Of a stretch of DNA of 64,000 nt, positions 63,255 through 64,000 are shown one piece after another. How positions within the stretch are numbered: position 1 is the stretch's first letter; each line of letters begins with the position of its first letter. The notes beneath the pieces are model-generated. The model was not told where the DNA came from. It worked only from the letters and a program-made list of their open reading frames with translations, and did no database searches. The stretch spans positions 120 to 64,119 of the forward strand of contig JAIQFX010000027.1 in the NCBI GenBank assembly GCA_020073005.1. Direction: 5' to 3'. Source of the DNA: Terriglobia bacterium (GTDB lineage Bacteria; Acidobacteriota; Vicinamibacteria; Vicinamibacterales; CAVVIG01). A program made the position numbers and the translations under genes.

Positions 63255-64000
63255 ATGACGATCGCCGGTGGCCACGAAGCCACGAAACCACGAGGAAGAA
63301 TATTTGGTACGTCTTCGCGTGTTCGTGTGTTCATGGTGGCATTTCTTGCAGCGGCAGGTGTCCTGGCGGCGCCGCGCGATCCGTTTCCGCTCGACCGCGC
63401 CGCCGAGCAGTGGGTCGCGCAGACGCTGAAGAAACTCACGCTCGACGAGAAAGTCGGCCAGCTCATCGTCCCCTCGTTCGAATCGAACTACCTCAGCACC
63501 GACAGCGACACGTTCGACGCGCTCACGCGGCTCGTCCGTGAGTACCACGTCGGCGGCTTCCACGTCTTCGGCGCGTCGATCCCCGCGCCGTCCGTCCTGC
63601 TCAACTCCGGCTACGGCACGGTCATTCTCGGCCAGCCGATGTCGGTCGCGTTTCTCGTCAACCGTCTGCAGGCGCTCTCGTCCGTGCCGCTGATGAACAC
63701 ATCGGATTTCGAGACGGGCGTCGGCTTCCGCCTCTTCGGCGCGACGAGCTTTCCGCGGCAGATGGCGATGGGCGCCATTCCAGGCGACGATGGCCTGCGG
63801 CTGGTGCGCGAGGAAGCGCGGATCACCGGAATCGAAGCGCGCGCGGTCGGCGTCCACGTGAACTTCGCGCCGATCGCCGACGTGAACAACAATCCGCGCA
63901 ACCCGGTCATCAACACGCGGTCGTACGGCGAGGATCCTGCGCGCGTCTCGGCGCTCGTGAGCGCGTACGTCGCGGGCGCGCGCGACGGCGGGATGATCGC
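63255..64000 (+). CDS. glycoside hydrolase family 3 (beta-N-acetylhexosaminidase/beta-glucosidase-like), 3'-truncated by window edge
   Basis: Not in the ORF track because there is no stop in the window. 'LDEKVGQLIV', 'HVNFAPIADV' and 'RSYGEDP' are GH3 N-terminal domain motifs. The alternative start is ATG 63333. Confidence 0.75.
   Translation, partial: MTIAGGHEATKPRGRIFGTSSRVRVFMVAFLAAAGVLAAPRDPFPLDRAAEQWVAQTLKKLTLDEKVGQLIVPSFESNYLSTDSDTFDALTRLVREYHVGGFHVFGASIPAPSVLLNSGYGTVILGQPMSVAFLVNRLQALSSVPLMNTSDFETGVGFRLFGATSFPRQMAMGAIPGDDGLRLVREEARITGIEARAVGVHVNFAPIADVNNNPRNPVINTRSYGEDPARVSALVSAYVAGARDGGMI
63267..63300. repeat. CCACGAAR octamer-like array at the 5' end of the GH3 gene
   Basis: ggtggccacgaagccacgaaaccacgaggaagaa. 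Confidence 0.6.

Overview
Visibly high-GC bacterial chromosomal segment (GC not computed). It is probably Acidobacteriota, inferred from a PadR regulator coupled to a duplicated MacB-type 'ADOP' permease. About 55 genes are supportable. Many long antisense or out-of-frame ORFs in the track are GC-driven artefacts. Content by region: (i) 258-13018 is a Wzx/Wzy-type polysaccharide locus with pseudaminic-acid genes pseB, pseC, pseG and a NeuB/PseI-like synthase. No PseH or PseF is visible. (ii) 13373-21796 holds an orphan 623-aa GT-B-like protein and a translationally coupled 5-gene operon: methyltransferase, ATP-grasp, Gfo/Idh/MocA, truncated DXS-like ThDP enzyme, GH57-like. This looks like an undescribed sugar-tailoring module. 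(iii) thiS-thiG is colinear with a coiled-coil protein and a second Wzy/O-antigen-ligase-like protein. (iv) The rest is housekeeping and accessory: a 1188-aa Fe-S flavoprotein, prolyl oligopeptidase, glk, DEAD-box helicase, infA, an AMP-ligase-ACP-PlsC fusion, cca, proline dehydrogenase, an IDH-family enzyme, tkt, an OmpR regulator, M1 and M20 peptidases, moeA/moaB, and a partial GH3. The most unusual signal is not a gene. It is a very dense family of short tandem heptamer/octamer arrays (TAATTCY, GGGTAATT, GCGGAAT, CCAGCCA/GGTGACT, GACTCCC, GAAGGAA and others) and small CTTCAG-loop hairpins. These (a) occur as inverted pairs that fill whole intergenic gaps and abut or contain stop codons. They (b) are inserted in-frame in at least 8 protein-coding genes. 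They (c) in two places bracket or abut four-helix-bundle (23S-IVS protein family) genes, which suggests a cargo-carrying palindromic element. Many genes also appear leaderless, with a TAnnnT box 6-10 nt upstream of the start codon. No rRNA, tRNA or CRISPR array was seen.
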